NCBI RefSeq assembly: GCF_000150275.1
Contig: NW_002060953.1
Coordinates: 543,432 to 607,431, forward strand
DNA from: Trichoplax adhaerens
Taxonomy: Eukaryota; Animalia; Placozoa
Direction: 5' to 3'
DNA: 64,000 bases
Shown here: piece after piece, positions 46,601-60,519 of the stretch
Numbering within the stretch: position 1 is the first letter of the stretch
Layout of the letters: the number at the start of each line of letters is the position of its first letter
The notes under the pieces: model-generated
What the model was told of the DNA's origin: nothing
Databases searched by the model: none
What the model saw: the letters and a program-made list of their open reading frames with translations, nothing else
Program-made: the position numbers and the translations under genes

Positions 46601-49600
46601 TCCATCATAAAAGCCGATACAGCGCTCTAATCGATAAAATTTCAGCTGTATTATTTTTGCTTTTATTTTCATCGTCATATTTAATAATGCATTACAAAAG
46701 CCGATATAGTGCACTCGTCGATGAAATTTCAAATAGATTCATGATTTTCAAATTCGTCTTGTTATCCAATAAAACGTTTAAATGGCCGACATAATGTCAA
46801 CATCGATATGCAATTTTAGATGGACTCATTTTAGTCTGAATTCTAATTCAACTTACTCTCTAATAAAACGTTTAAATAGCCGACATAATGTAAACATCGA
46901 TATGCAATTTTAGATGGACTCATTTTAGTCTGAATTCTATTTCATCTTACTCTTTCTCTATGCTTTCATCGATCGATTTGAGATCTGATCGCTATCGAAC
47001 TAAAATACTAGATACGAAATTCATCATCACTAATTTAGATGCATCCATGGTTGTGTCAATATCTCTCATCAAGCGATTGAAATGATACACTACATGTATT
47101 CATTTCAGTTAAACCCTCACGAGACTGCAAGGCCAGCCATTTTCTACAATATCCGGAAAGTAATCTAGATTTCTTTTGAAATCATTACAATCCTGACAGA
47201 ACTTCCAGACTCTATTTCAGTACACGTATTTTGCATACTTCTCATTTTTACCAGCCCAAATTATGCGCATAACGCCAATATTAACATGGTGACTAGCTCG
47301 TTTGGTGAAATTTTTTTTTACTTGATCATCTTGCATTGATGATTACGTTTCACGACAATGATCGACTTAGAATGAGGCTAACCTTTTAGTAAACAATTAT
47401 CATAACATTTATATCCCAATTTTATTCATCAACATGGATTAATATTACTTTTTACGCTCAAGTGAAAGATCGATCTACAATCTTTAGAACGGTATAATAG
47501 AAACTTGTCATAGATGACAATTTAATCACAATTTACAATTCAATTTTATTTTAGAATTATTCAACGTCTTTACATGTTGAATGAGTTATAATTAGTAGCT
47601 ATGCTATCTTGTAACATAGTAATGTATCCAATTCAAACCAGTTCTCGATCTATAGTTGTCAACTGATGTATCTTTGTTAAATACTAAAAAAATGACCGAA
47701 ATAGACGACAGCTGAATTTATTAGAACTAAAAATGAAATTGAGATACATACTAAATTCTAAAATAATGAGTTACGAAGGATCCCCCAAAATGAGACTATT
47801 AAAACGTCGCTTTAAACTATTCACGCTCAACTGATTGCATACACTGGTTACATTGACTGGCTGATGATGACCATTGGATACTCCACTGCAGTAGCTTTCT
47901 TAAATATTTTATATATTATCAATCACTGAAGTTGGACACGTATTCATTGCCTACCTACAATCGACATTAACAGCTAGAGGATGAGCAACAATCACTACCT
48001 TCAAGTCCTTTATTCTGCCACAATATAAATGATTGCTGTCAAATCATTATTTCGTATTTCACCAGGAGAGACGAATAGATCATACAACGATAGACGCATT
48101 AAATATCATTACACTTTTAAATCAAATCGAAACTAGTTCAATCTGTCATCCATTAACAATAATGGAAATGATGCTGTCCATCTATTTCTATAGAATACAG
48201 ATACTATACTAATTGTTTCTTCAAAATTGGAAATCATTTATAAAATAATTTCACCTTTTCTGCTAACGATATCGCTAACCCTTACTCTCTAAAAATGATG
48301 CTTTAATATTAATTGAACAACGGGATGTTACACCACCGTTGTTGTTTTATTACTTTTTTTATTGATAAATGATGACATTACGTCTATGACTATAGCATTG
48401 CAATAATCTAAAATCAAAGATTAATCCAATTGTATAATGCCAAAGAAATAACAGTCATCATCGATCTTGAAGAATTGAGAGGAGATTTTCCATCGATGCA
48501 ATATAGAGATTAATAAAATATACTTTAATATTTTTTTGGGTTCAATTTTTTCATCATAGCAGACAACACCAACAACAATAGCTCCACAAACTAAATCAGG
48601 TAGACAGATTTTTTGTACTAATTTAATTAACGTGATTACAATAGCTATGGTATTCTATCTCTATATTATAATATTAATTAATAACTTGGAATAAAATATC
48701 ATTCAATTGTGCTTTTTTTTCAACAATAATGCTCTAGCTCCACTTCCAAGTACAACACCACAAGGAACTAAGGTATGCTATGTTATTAGGAATAAATTCA
48801 TTGTTTAACACTATTTCTTACATCTGTACTTTCCATATTTTGCACAATTATCATTTTGAATATATAGGGCAAACTGAATGCTCACGTATGGAAGGATCTG
48901 TGCGGATTTACCGTCGATGACTTAAAAAAATATTCGCTCTTTCCACATCTTCCACATGTAATCTTTCTTTCTCTAGTAGTACATCGACGTAGTTCACTGT
49001 ATTCGTATTACCGCGATAGTATCTTGCCTGTATGCTTCTACAAGAAAAAGTTGGCTTGATTTAATACTTAATTATTTGTATTTCTTGGTCAATCAATAGA
49101 AACGATATGTATTAAGTAATTTTGCTATTCAACCCAATGGAACCGAGTACGGTCAAAGAATCTTTGGCTATATTCATCCCAACGAAACAGGTCCATATTA
49201 TTTTTTATTTAAATAGAATTATATAACGTCAATGCAAGATACAATCAATAGTCAAACCTCGATGTCGATACATTAATAGTCCTCCTATACATGCAATTGA
49301 CCATGTTGGTATTAATACTACATTATTAGGCGATTATCAATTTGCTATCTCAGCGGATGATACTGGAGAATTATGGTTAAGTACTGGTGAAAACCCGCAA
49401 AATGTCAAATTAATAGCGTCGCTAGGAAGGGTTAGAAATGAATTTTGATAGAAATTACTTTAACAACACTTTATGATACCTAAACACGTTATACTGTGGA
49501 CTTATTACGTGGGTATTAATCTATTTTATTTTCTTCATATGGATCTAAAGGATGAACTTCGTTTATTTACCAAGCCATATCAATTTGATAAATATAAACC

Positions 49601-52600
49601 GCAACAATCACGAAAAATAAAGTGAGTAAAAATCACAAGTATGATATCGATATAGCGAAGGGATTAATTTGGATTTTTATTTCATTTCAAGAAGAAGCAG
49701 TAATAATTTTACATGCGATATTAATATTATTTATTCCTGACTTTCTTAACGTAGCCTTGTTAAAGGCAAACGTTATTTTATTGAGGCACTTCATAAGCAA
49801 GCCAAAGGCCAGGATCATATTCAAGTTGCGGTATGATATGGAGTGATGTATTAATAATAATACTTGTAAGGATTTTTAATTGGATTACAATAAGTCAATA
49901 TCATTTGATTGTATGTTATTTTTGCAGTGGAGAAAGTATGGAAGCAACAAACCATATCGAATTATTAGTTCAGATTATATATCCATGTATGTTGGTAAGT
50001 AGAACAAGTCAATACTGTGTTGCTATAAATTTCTTGGCAAGTGAAAAAATTATTTTTATCCATTTTTACTAATCGCTCACATCTTTAATAACTGTAAAAT
50101 AGACGATCTTAAAATTAAAGATGGAGATGTTAAATTTCTGAATCCAATTCCACTACACGCTCAATCTTTGGGGGTAAATTTATTGTACTGTAATCCCAGT
50201 CGAGAAGATTGCATGCTTTTCAATGGTTAACGATTGCTATTTTATATCAAAATTTTTTTGTAGAGATCTCCTGAAGGAATAACTGATCCACGAGATAAAC
50301 CCCAATCAAGTATGCAATGTGGTTTAGATAATATTTATAAATGGATTATCATCAATAATTTATATCAAACCAATATTCAACCTACAGTTCCGTTCGTCTT
50401 TGATGGAGACTTTGATCATGTGTTGCCAACGTGCCCCTATGAACCAAGCTATTTGGTTAAAAAGAAGTTGAAACGTTATGAAGGCATCAATCATGTCAGT
50501 CATTAGATTTTGAATAAAGTTAATATTGAAGTTATCATATCATCAATAAGACGAATATCATTTTATTTGTTAGTTACATTATACTAGTGTCTATCCTGAT
50601 GATCACACTGTTGTTCGAAATGGTGATTATTTCACAAGTGGTAACCCTTTACTAGTACCGGCGGTTAGTACATGTTATACTATAAATGATTTCTTCTCTT
50701 TTATAGTAACTTTTGACTCAGTGCTCATAATTGTACCTCATTTCTATTAGACGGCAGAAAGAGTCGTGAAAAAATACATGGAAGCTATCGAAAAGAAATG
50801 GAAATTGTGAGTAAAAATTTTCCATCAGTTTAAGTTTTTACGTTACTATTTAGTAAACACTACTATACATATTTACCAAAATATTAGAAAATATAAACTC
50901 AAGCAAATAATCAATATTGAAGAAAATCACGACAATGTTAATGGCGATCGCTACTTTATTGAAATGGTTAGTATCATATCGCCTTGTTACTTTCTTGATT
51001 TATTTTGGCAAAATTAAAAGCTAACAGTGTAATTTTGGTTTCAATCTTCTGTAGGATCTCTATGTAAACGGACAAGGTAATAATAATCTTGTTTATTGAT
51101 GATATTATAGTATAATTGGATCTTTTTATTTCATTTAATTTGTTCAAAATAAAAATTTAACGATATATATAAGTGCTAGTAAATATTCTTAACATAAAAC
51201 TATTTCAATTTTTAACAGAAGTTGTGCATCGCCTAAGTAAATATGTATATCAGGTCAAAGACCAGTATCAGCTATGTTATCCAGAAAATTTCCGTTGGAA
51301 TAAATCAGCTGATATTAACGTCATTATAACCGGTAAAACACCAGATTCTGTTGTTAATAGCTAGCAAAAGTTTAGAATATTGTACGAAATTATAGTATCA
51401 ACCTTGTATAAAGGAAAATCATCATTGTAAGTCTTGTATCTTTTGTTCAATTTCTCAACTGTTTTAAATGTAGTTAAGAACCAGGGCAGATGGTTACAAC
51501 ACTTTTTCGATGATGTTTCAAATGTAAGTCACAATAGATGTCAGTCATTTTGTTACCATTCTATATGCAACAACTTTACTCTAATTTATTCCTCTCCGGT
51601 TGGATTCAAAAATCAGATCTACACATCGACAAAGGATAACAACTTGAATTTTATTATTGTGGACTATGACAGCAACGACATTGATGTAGAAACAGCACTA
51701 AAGCGAAGCCCTTTACCAAAGTATGTACCATATATCATCAGCTATATATAATCAGTCATGCATGTAGTTGATATTAATTAAGCACCGCAAAGGGGTATTT
51801 TGTTTTTGTTTTCTGACATGATAAACTATTTCAATTAAATAAATAGGTATCAAATTATTACTAAGAAAGGAAAATTTAGAAAAACAGCAGCTATTCAATC
51901 TGCGCTGGACGCAATTGATGTAAATCATGTATTTGTATAGAAAGCTATTTATACATGTAGCTATTCAATATCTATAATACTTTGCAAATAATACAGAAAT
52001 TCTGACATTATCGTAGGATCCAAACAGCATCGTTTTAACACTGGATCTGCATTTGGAAATACCTGTTAATTTTTTCCAGTCTATCCGAAAGCATTGTATT
52101 AAGGGCAGAATGGCGTTTGCACCTTTAGTTTTACGACTTAACTGTGGAGCATCACCAGACCGCCCAAACGGTAGTAAATATTTCATCGTGTAGCCTCATA
52201 AATTTGAAAAAGAATGATATCATATTCTCCATTATATAGGATTTTGGGAGCCAGAAGGTTTTGGTCTACTTGGTATGTATAAATCAGACTTTGACAGAAT
52301 TGGAGGAATGAATACTAAAGATTTTGGTGAAGGCTGGGGTGGTGAAGATACAGAAACCCTAGATCGGTAATAATAGCGCATAGTCCTCATCATAGTACAA
52401 TTGCTAACTTAGATTGTCAGTTTGATATTATGCGTGATGGGATTACAAAACTTAACTTTTTAAAATTTTCCGGTGATGCACCTTGACATTTTTACATGGT
52501 TGTATTCTACACGAATTAATATTATAGAATCCTTCAGCAGCAAATAGAAGTAGAAAGAATTCGAGCACCAAAATTTTTCCATTTTTATCATTCAAAGAAA

Positions 52601-52720
52601 GGTTTATGGAATTTTGACGAGATTAGTGGAAAAAAGAAGCATGTTCGCGTCAGAATTATCAAGAGGATTATCGTTAAAAGGGGCAATAAAATTATTCGTG
52701 TCGTAAACATGCCAAGTTGA
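43640..52720 (+). CDS. Beta-1,4-N-acetylgalactosaminyltransferase 3/4-like (LacdiNAc synthase; PA14 + GT7/CHGN-type catalytic domain), type II membrane protein
   Basis: Exon 1 (43640-43751) [27 protein letters not shown] is a signal anchor, followed by Thr/Pro-rich stem exons. PA14 region: [62 protein letters not shown]. Then CPYEPSYLV, and catalytic [60 protein letters not shown]. Stop TGA at 52718-20. Confidence 0.92.
46290..46950. repeat. Degenerate ~90-94 bp intronic tandem repeat
   Basis: Near-exact pair AATAAAACGTTTAAATRGCCGACATAATGT.AACATCGATATGCAATTTTAGATGGACTCATTTTAGTCTGAATTCTA at ~46768 and ~46862, with older AAATTCATCATC.TATCCAAT units upstream. Confidence 0.75.
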
Positions 52721-54399
52721 AACTGATAATGCACATTTTAGCATTGATAGGAGAGAAAAGACAAATAATAGCTATTTTTATGTAAAATAATATCTAATAG
52801 CAGATTACTTCTTAAGCGTTTCATTTATCAATTTCGAACGTCATTAACGATGGCAATTTCGTTTGTGATTAAAAATATGATGCATGATAACGACTATATT
52901 TTGTCATCTCATGCAGATTATTTTTGATCTATTTTTAAATCAATGTTATTTAATTGACATATTACATAACATGAGATACCATTTTAAGTTTCCCCTACCT
53001 AAACTATAAATGCAATGTGATGTATCTTCTGAAAAGGATCATGTTAGGTATGTATTGATATGCCGTACTAGTAGTATATCAATATAAACGTTTGCCTGTA
53101 ATGTATATTTTACTAAAATGTATATTGTATATCTGTAAATTCATCGATGCTGCAAACTATCGGTTATCAGTAACAATCGCTACTTATAAATAGTTTTATG
53201 TATAAGAATTACATTATCAATATTATCACTTTAACGACTTGCAATCGTTCTTATGAGCAATTTGCTGATACTAATATCTTTTTTATAAAATTTTTATATA
53301 TGTTATGGGATTCTATGATAGACGTTGTTATGCACTTTATTGTCATAGTCACTGCAGAAATTTGCTAATTCTTTATCATCAATCAATTCCCTTTGCAAAT
53401 TTGTTTTTGTTAGCTGATAGATAGGATCTACTGTGTAGATTGGTAATAGGGATTTAGCAGTCGTGAAAGATTGCATACTTTTATGTTATGATACGACCTT
53501 ACGTCATTGACGGATTTAAATTTTTGGATATTATATGAACTTATTTGATGCACTACTCATCTGCGTAAAGTTGGGTTTGCATGCCAAAATTTAATTAACT
53601 CTTACGTCATAGCGTTTAGATATTAATCTGTTGCAAAATTATTAAAATTTTTTAGAAGAAATTTTTAAGGAACAACGGTAAATTAAGAGTTAGACTATCC
53701 CATAAAATTAGCTGCCTTTAAGAGCTAGTTTTGAAATAGAAAGTAATAGCTATAGTCCATAATATTAGAATGATATCCTATCTGCGGCAAACATATTCGG
53801 AGGTCTTCTTATTTACGATATCGTTGATTTATATCAAGATTGAATGAAATAATATACTCCTATTTAGATAACCATAATGAATTCGTGAATATGACTGTGA
53901 TTCGATGCAGTCACAGATGTCACTAAGCTATATTAAACTATTATCTTTAGAATGAGATCTTAAAGGATGGATAGTGCATTTATGTGCATCTTTCTAAACA
54001 GTTAATCAATAGGCTTGAAGATATATAATCGCTGTCATTTATTAAAGTCTCAGCATAGTATATGATATATTAAGCCCTGATATAAAGTATAAATATATTC
54101 ATATGTCTGCAAAGGTATCAGAGTTGGCTATATTTACGATTTCAGACTTTTAATCTTGCTTCACTTGCAGGCTACTTTACACTCTCTTTTCAGTTAGTGG
54201 ATAAATTATCTAAAAATTCTTCGTAAACTAGCTTACTTTATCTGCTATCTGTTGACGTAAGGCAATATACATTACTATACTCGTATATCAGATTTATAAT
54301 TTATAAATTAATATAAAGTTACGTTAACTATTTCAGTTTGATCTGCCAATTTAAATCATATCAGTACGCAAAGATTTATAGTAGAGAGAAGAATGATAT

Positions 54400-55500
54400 A
54401 AAGTTGGCTTGAATTAAATCAGTTCAAGATCCGTATTATTCGATTTTAAGCATTCATCCATCTCCATTGCTTAACAAAAGCCGATATGTAATTAACAAGA
54501 CTTGTATAATTCGATTCTAAGCCTCACCAATCTCTGATGGTCTACGAAACATTTAATATGACTCAAATTGTTTAATTTTAAGATTTTATCAATCTTGAAT
54601 GATTCATAAAAGCCGATATATACGGTATATGATAAATCATGGTAGTTGTAATATTGGCTTGAAATAATCAAGGTAAGATTCATATTATTCGATTCATAGC
54701 TATACCTATCATTGGTCAATGAAAGCCGATACAAATCTATAATGGATTTATATTTTTGAATAATACCTTAATATTGATTACTTAAAATTGGATCTAACAT
54801 TTTAAATAATGCTGGTATACCACCAATCGTACTAGAGCGAAAGAAGGTAATGTTAGCTTAAAATAATCAATGCAAGATTCATATTATTCGATTCATAGCG
54901 TTGACCAATCTGTAATGGTTAACGGAAGCTTCTTTAGATGCTGAATTGATAATTTAGTAAATTACTTTAATATAAATTATTTCAATTCTGTTTAACATTT
55001 CAAACAGACTACGATACGATAAATCACAGTGGAGTAAAAAAGAATGTACTATCAGCTCGAAATAATCAATACACGACTTATGCTATTCGATTCATAGCGT
55101 TCATCAATCTATAACGGTTAACGAAAGCTTCTGTAAATGCTGCAGTTATAATTTAGTCAATTGTCGTAATGGAAATTATCAATTATGTCTAACATTTTAA
55201 ATGGATGAGAATATAATAAATTATGGTATAGCGAAAAGACTGTTATATCTCGAATTAATTAATACAAGATTCATATTAAGTAATTATTCAATACAAGGCG
55301 TTTACCAATCTCTCATGGCTAACCAAAGCTGATATTAATTTATGGAAAATTTGCGAAATCAATCGAATTCTGGAGATAAAAATATGCAGTATAAATCAAT
55401 GTAATATTGATTACTATGTTTAAATTGGGTCTGACTCTATCATGAATCGTAGTAGAGCGAAGAATCATGCTATATTGGATTGATATAATCAGTTTCTAAT
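54400..55500. repeat. Degenerate ~199-bp tandem repeat
   Basis: AAATAATCAA....GAYTYATRYTATTCGATTCATAGC occurs at ~54662, ~54861 and ~55060, with more diverged copies at ~55255 and ~54410. Confidence 0.75.
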
Positions 55501-56689
55501 CCATATGACGCAATTTTAATTATTAATATAGCAAGGGACTACAAAAAAATATCCACAGTAGTTTCTGTTCTATTATAATGATTAAAGATGCATGTAATAT
55601 AAGAGAAAATGGACAAATTAGCTTTGCATACCTAGATTTAATTCTATAATATGAGAAGTAAAAGTTCACATCTATACTGTAGATAGTGTTGATTGCGCAG
55701 AAAAAGGGAAGAACTTGAGCAGAAGAAATTTCATAAGGCTATCGCGCACTATAGGTATTATCACTGAAAAATATTTCATGGGGTTAACTTCAAACAAATA
55801 ATCCATGCTTTAGCAATTGAAGATTTGTATCAGTTGGACTTTGCTCTGTGTATTTATTAATATAAATAAAGTATGTCATTAAATTATCTAATAAGATGAA
55901 TGTGTATATAGCAACAGCGGTAGGCTGTCCTCTCATTAGCAATAGCTTATGTCAACTTTTATGCTACCTTGGCGTCTAATGTAACTCAATAACTACCTCT
56001 AGACAGGTAGATATTTCTTAGTTTAATATCATCCATGAAAAGACCAATAGAGACAAGGGTAAGAATGAAAGATTAGTCTAGGTTTTACCTTGATTAATGG
56101 TATAAGACTATGCCACACCATTGGAGAAAGTGATTGAGCAGACCTTGTATTTACTTTAAGCCGATTGATATTAAAGGTTCTTACTCTAAATGCTGTATCA
56201 CTGCTACTATGACCTTGCAATATAGAATGAAACATGTACAACCTTTTAGATCGAGTCTTAAAATGGGAATGGAAGAATGCTTATGCATTATCTATCCAAT
56301 AAACAGGCAATGCAGTACCTATTTGGCCGTCAATTGGTTTTAATTAAAATGATTAGCTATTCCTTCATCTCTTGACCAACTATCCCATTTTTGCCAATTT
56401 GTAGCTTTGAATTACTAGCATTGCATGATCATGTATGATGATGGATGTTGAAAAGATTAGTTGTTTCTTTCAATTTGTAGTGTTAACCTGGAAATCTTGC
56501 TTATTTCATGAATCTCGATGGATATTGAAAAAGACTAGCTATTCTAAAGTCTCTTGGGTAACTGTTCCATTCTCGTCAATTGGTAATGTTAACCTAAACA
56601 GCTTGCATAGTTAAAAATCTTGATGGATATTGAAGTGATTAGCAGCTCTCAAATCTCCTGACTAGCTATTCCATTCTCACAATTTTGTA

Positions 56690-56950
56690 ATATTGACTTA
56701 CTAAGGTTGTATAGTCGTCTATCTTGTAGGATATTGAAAAGATTAGCTGACTTTTAGTCGGCCCTTCATTCATCAGTTTGTAATATATTTACTAAGGTTG
56801 TATAGTCGTCTATCTTGTTGGATATTGAAAAGATTAGCTGTCTTTTAGTCTGCCCTTCATTCATCAGTTTGTAATATATTTACTAAGGTTGTGTAGTCGT
56901 CTATCTTGATGGATAATGAAAAGATTAGCTGTTCATTTAGTCTCTTGACT
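56690..56950. repeat. 91-bp minisatellite, 3 units (copy 1 of the duplication)
   Basis: CTAAGGTTGTRTAGTCGTCTATCTTG at 56701, 56792 and 56883. Confidence 0.9.
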
Positions 56951-57920
56951 AGCTGTTCTATTCCCGCTAGTTCACATTATTAACCTACAAAGCATACATT
57001 GCCATCCATGTGGATGGATACTGCAAAGATTAGTCGCTTAGGTAAACTTTTTCCTGAATCCAATTATTGGTCAATTTTGCAATATTCACTTACAAAGGCT
57101 ACTTAGGTAATCATGCATCTTGATTAAACTATTCCATTCGAGTAGGACTGATACGATGACTGGATATTAGGGAGGTTACGGGTCCTCGCAGGTAATGCAA
57201 GCACCTTTTTTATCATAGAAGTGGAGACCTTTATGACTCCAAAGGACTTATGTAGATCCAACTACCTGTATAATCACGATTTCACATGGCGTTCGCCAAC
57301 AACTTCTTTAGAGCCTACTTACAGTGCATCATAAGATAATTTGCTATATATAAAACTGGATTATACATGCTATGAGTATAGATGGTGTTAGGTTACATCA
57401 AGTCACTGTCAGAATATAGCAGTACCATTAAAAGTATGTATCAAGGATAAATCTGCAACATTAATTTGCTGAGAATCCCTCATCGTGTATCCAGATTAAC
57501 CTTTCTTCAATCCAACTATTTCGTCAATTTTGCAATATTTACTTACTAAGGCTATATAGGTAGTTTGTGTATTTCGATGAAACTATTCTATTGGAGTAGA
57601 ATAAAATCTGCAACATTAATTTACTCAAACTGCTTGATCGTATAACTAGCCTAGAAGAAGGAATCTTACCCAATAACTACACAGCTCTAGAATATTTGAA
57701 AGTCTGATATAAATCGTAATATTAAAAAGTCTTTTAGTATCGTGTCCAATTTCTTTGCTAGTCTAAAATAAAAAATCTCACTTAATGACTATCAATACAG
57801 ATGTAGAACCTTCTTATCCACAAGAAGTAAAGCATAAAATAGAAAAGTCTTTTTTAATATGACAGGTAGGTCCGATTTCTTGGCTAGCCTAGAATGAAAA
57901 ATTTTACGCAATGACTACCC

Positions 57921-57970
57921 NNNNNNNNNNNNNNNNNNNNNNNNNNNNNNNNNNNNNNNNNNNNNNNNNN
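57921..57970. other. Assembly gap (50 N)
   Basis: Run of n characters. Confidence 1.
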
Positions 57971-58744
57971 CAGCGGTAGGCTGTCCTCTCATTAGCAATA
58001 GCTTATGTCAACTTTTATGCTACCTTGGCGTCTAATGTAACTCAATAACTACCTCTAAACAGGTAGATATTTCTTAGTTTAATATCATCCATGAAAAGAC
58101 CAATAGAGACAAGGGTAAGAATGAAAGATTAGTCTAGGTTTTACCTTGATTAATGGTATAAGACTATGCCACACCATTGGAGAAAGTGATTGAGCAGACC
58201 TTGTATTTACTTTAAGCCGATTGATATTAAAGGTTCTTACTCTAAATGCTGTATCACTGCTACTATGACCTTGCAATATAGAATGAAACATGTACAACCT
58301 TTTAGATCGAGTCTTAAAATGGGAATGGAAGAATGCTTATGCATTATCTATCCAATAAACAGGCAATGCAGTACCTATTTGGCCGTCAATTGGTTTTAAT
58401 TAAAATGATTAGCTATTCCTTCATCTCTTGACCAACTATCCCATTTTTGCCAATTTGTAGCTTTGAATTACTAGCATTGCATGATCATGTATGATGATGG
58501 ATGTTGAAAAGATTAGTTGTTTCTTTCAATTTGTAGTGTTAACCTGGAAATCTTGCTTATTTCATGAATCTCGATGGATATTGAAAAAGACTAGCTATTC
58601 TAAAGTCTCTTGGGTAACTGTTCCATTCTCGTCAATTGGTAATGTTAACCTAAACAGTTTGCATAGTTAAAAATCTTGATGGATATTGAAGTGATTAGCA
58701 GTTCTCAAATCTCCTGACTAGCAGTTCCATTCTCACAATTTTGT

Positions 58745-59230
58745 AATATTGACTTACTAAAGTTGTATAGTCGTCTATCTTGTTGGATATTGAAAAGATT
58801 AGCTGTCTTTTAGTCGGCCCCTCATTCATCAGTTTGTAATATATTTACTAAGGTTGTATAGTCGTCTATCTTGATGGATATTGAAAAGATTAGCTGTCTT
58901 TTAGTCGGCCCTTCATTCATCAGTTTGTAATATACTTACTAAGGTTGTATAGTCGTCTATCTTGATAAATAATGAAAAGATTAGCTGTCTTTTAGTCGGC
59001 CCTTCATTCATCAGTTTGTAATATATTTGCTAAGGTTGTATAGTCGTCTATCTTGATGAATAATGAAAAGATTAGCTGTTCATTTAGTCTCTTGGCTAGC
59101 TGTTCTATTCCTGCTAGTTCACATTATTAACCTACAAAGATAACATTGCCATACATTATATTTACTAAGGTTGTGTAGTCGTCTATCTTGATGGATAATG
59201 AAAAGATTAGCTGTTCATTTAGTCTCTAGG
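58745..59230. repeat. 91-bp minisatellite, 5 units (copy 2 of the duplication)
   Basis: Same core at 58757, 58848, 58939, 59030 and 59165. Confidence 0.9.
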
Positions 59231-59759
59231 CTAGCTGTTCTATTCCCGCTAATTGACACTATTAACCTACAAAGCATACATTGCCATCCATTTGGATGGA
59301 TACTGCAAAGATTAGTCGCTTAGGTTAACTTTTTCCTGAATCCAATTATTGGTCAATTTTGCAATATTCACTTACAAAGGCTACTTAGGTAATTATGCAT
59401 CTTGATTAAACTATTCCATTCGAGTAGGACTGATGCGATGACTGGATATTAGGGAGGTTAGGGGTCCTCGCAGGTAATGCAAGCACCCTTTTTATCATAG
59501 AAGTGGAGACCTTTATGACTTCAAAGCATTTATGTAGATCCAACTTCCTGTATAATCACGATTTTATATGGCATTCGCCAACAACTTCTTTTAGAGCCTA
59601 CTTACAGTGCATCATAAGATAATTTGCTATATATAAAACTGGATTATACATGCTATGAGTATAGATGGTGTTAGGTTACATCAAGTCACTGCCAGAATAT
59701 AGCATCACTTTTAAATCAGGACTTAAAAGTATACTAAGAAATCGAATATGATGCAAGCA

Positions 59760-60380
59760 CCCAAGCTCTTTCTATCTTTCCTTACAGACTACTAAGTAGA
59801 ACATTATAAATTGCTATGACCATTATTTCATCAAATCTTGGAAATATACTAAGCAAAAAGCAGCAAATTTATTCTTTCTAAACTGCTAAATAGCTTAATA
59901 ACAGTAAAAAAAGATTTCTTGGGCTGACTCAAGCCTTAGAAATCTACCCTCCCATCTTACTTTCATTTTTTGACATTACTATTAAATAAACGCAAAATAA
60001 ATTCATACTCTTGGTTGAACTACACAACACTTGTCGTCCTTGTGGCAAAATTGAGAAATTTATTTTCAACCCAAATAGACTATTTTATGGAAAGGTTGAC
60101 CACTTTTGCAATCTAATATGATAAAAGTACTTAAGCTCTTTCTATCTTTCCTAATAAACTACTAAATAAGGCATTGTAAATTGTTAGAACAGTTATTTAA
60201 TCAAATCAAACCTTGAAAACATACGAAATATCTTACTTTCATTTCTTGACATAATTTATAAGATGAAGGCAAAATAAAGTAATACTCTTTGCTAAACAGC
60301 ACAACACTTATCCTCCTTGTAGCAAGATTGAGAAATTTATTTTAAACCTAGATAGAACATTTTATGGAAAACTTGACAAG
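59760..60380. repeat. Diverged direct repeat, ~370 bp offset
   Basis: AAGCTCTTTCTATCTTTCCT at 59763 and 60133. CACAACACTT.TC.TCCTTGT.GCAA.ATTGAGAAATTTATTTT also occurs twice. Confidence 0.8.
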
Positions 60381-60519
60381 TTTAATTCCAGTATTAATGT
60401 AAAATTGTGCTTGTAATCTATACTCGTATATTGGATAATTTTGTTCAATTCTTCCCATCATGTCTTCTGGAGTCGATACTTTTTGCGTCCAACAGCAAGT
60501 GAAATCCTTGCTTACATGG

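Larger units (their letters stand above)
55915..59704. repeat. ~1.5/1.7 kb near-identical direct duplication (55915-57421 and 57971-59704) flanking an assembly gap
   Basis: Both copies start CAGCGGTAGGCTGTCCTCTC at an offset of 2056. The ORF track shows identical ORF pairs (56029/58085 and 56134/58190). Confidence 0.95.

Noticed and set aside
56029-58399. Duplicated 69-70 aa ORFs in the gap-flanking duplication
   Set aside because: No recognisable domain or splice structure; their identity simply reflects the DNA duplication.
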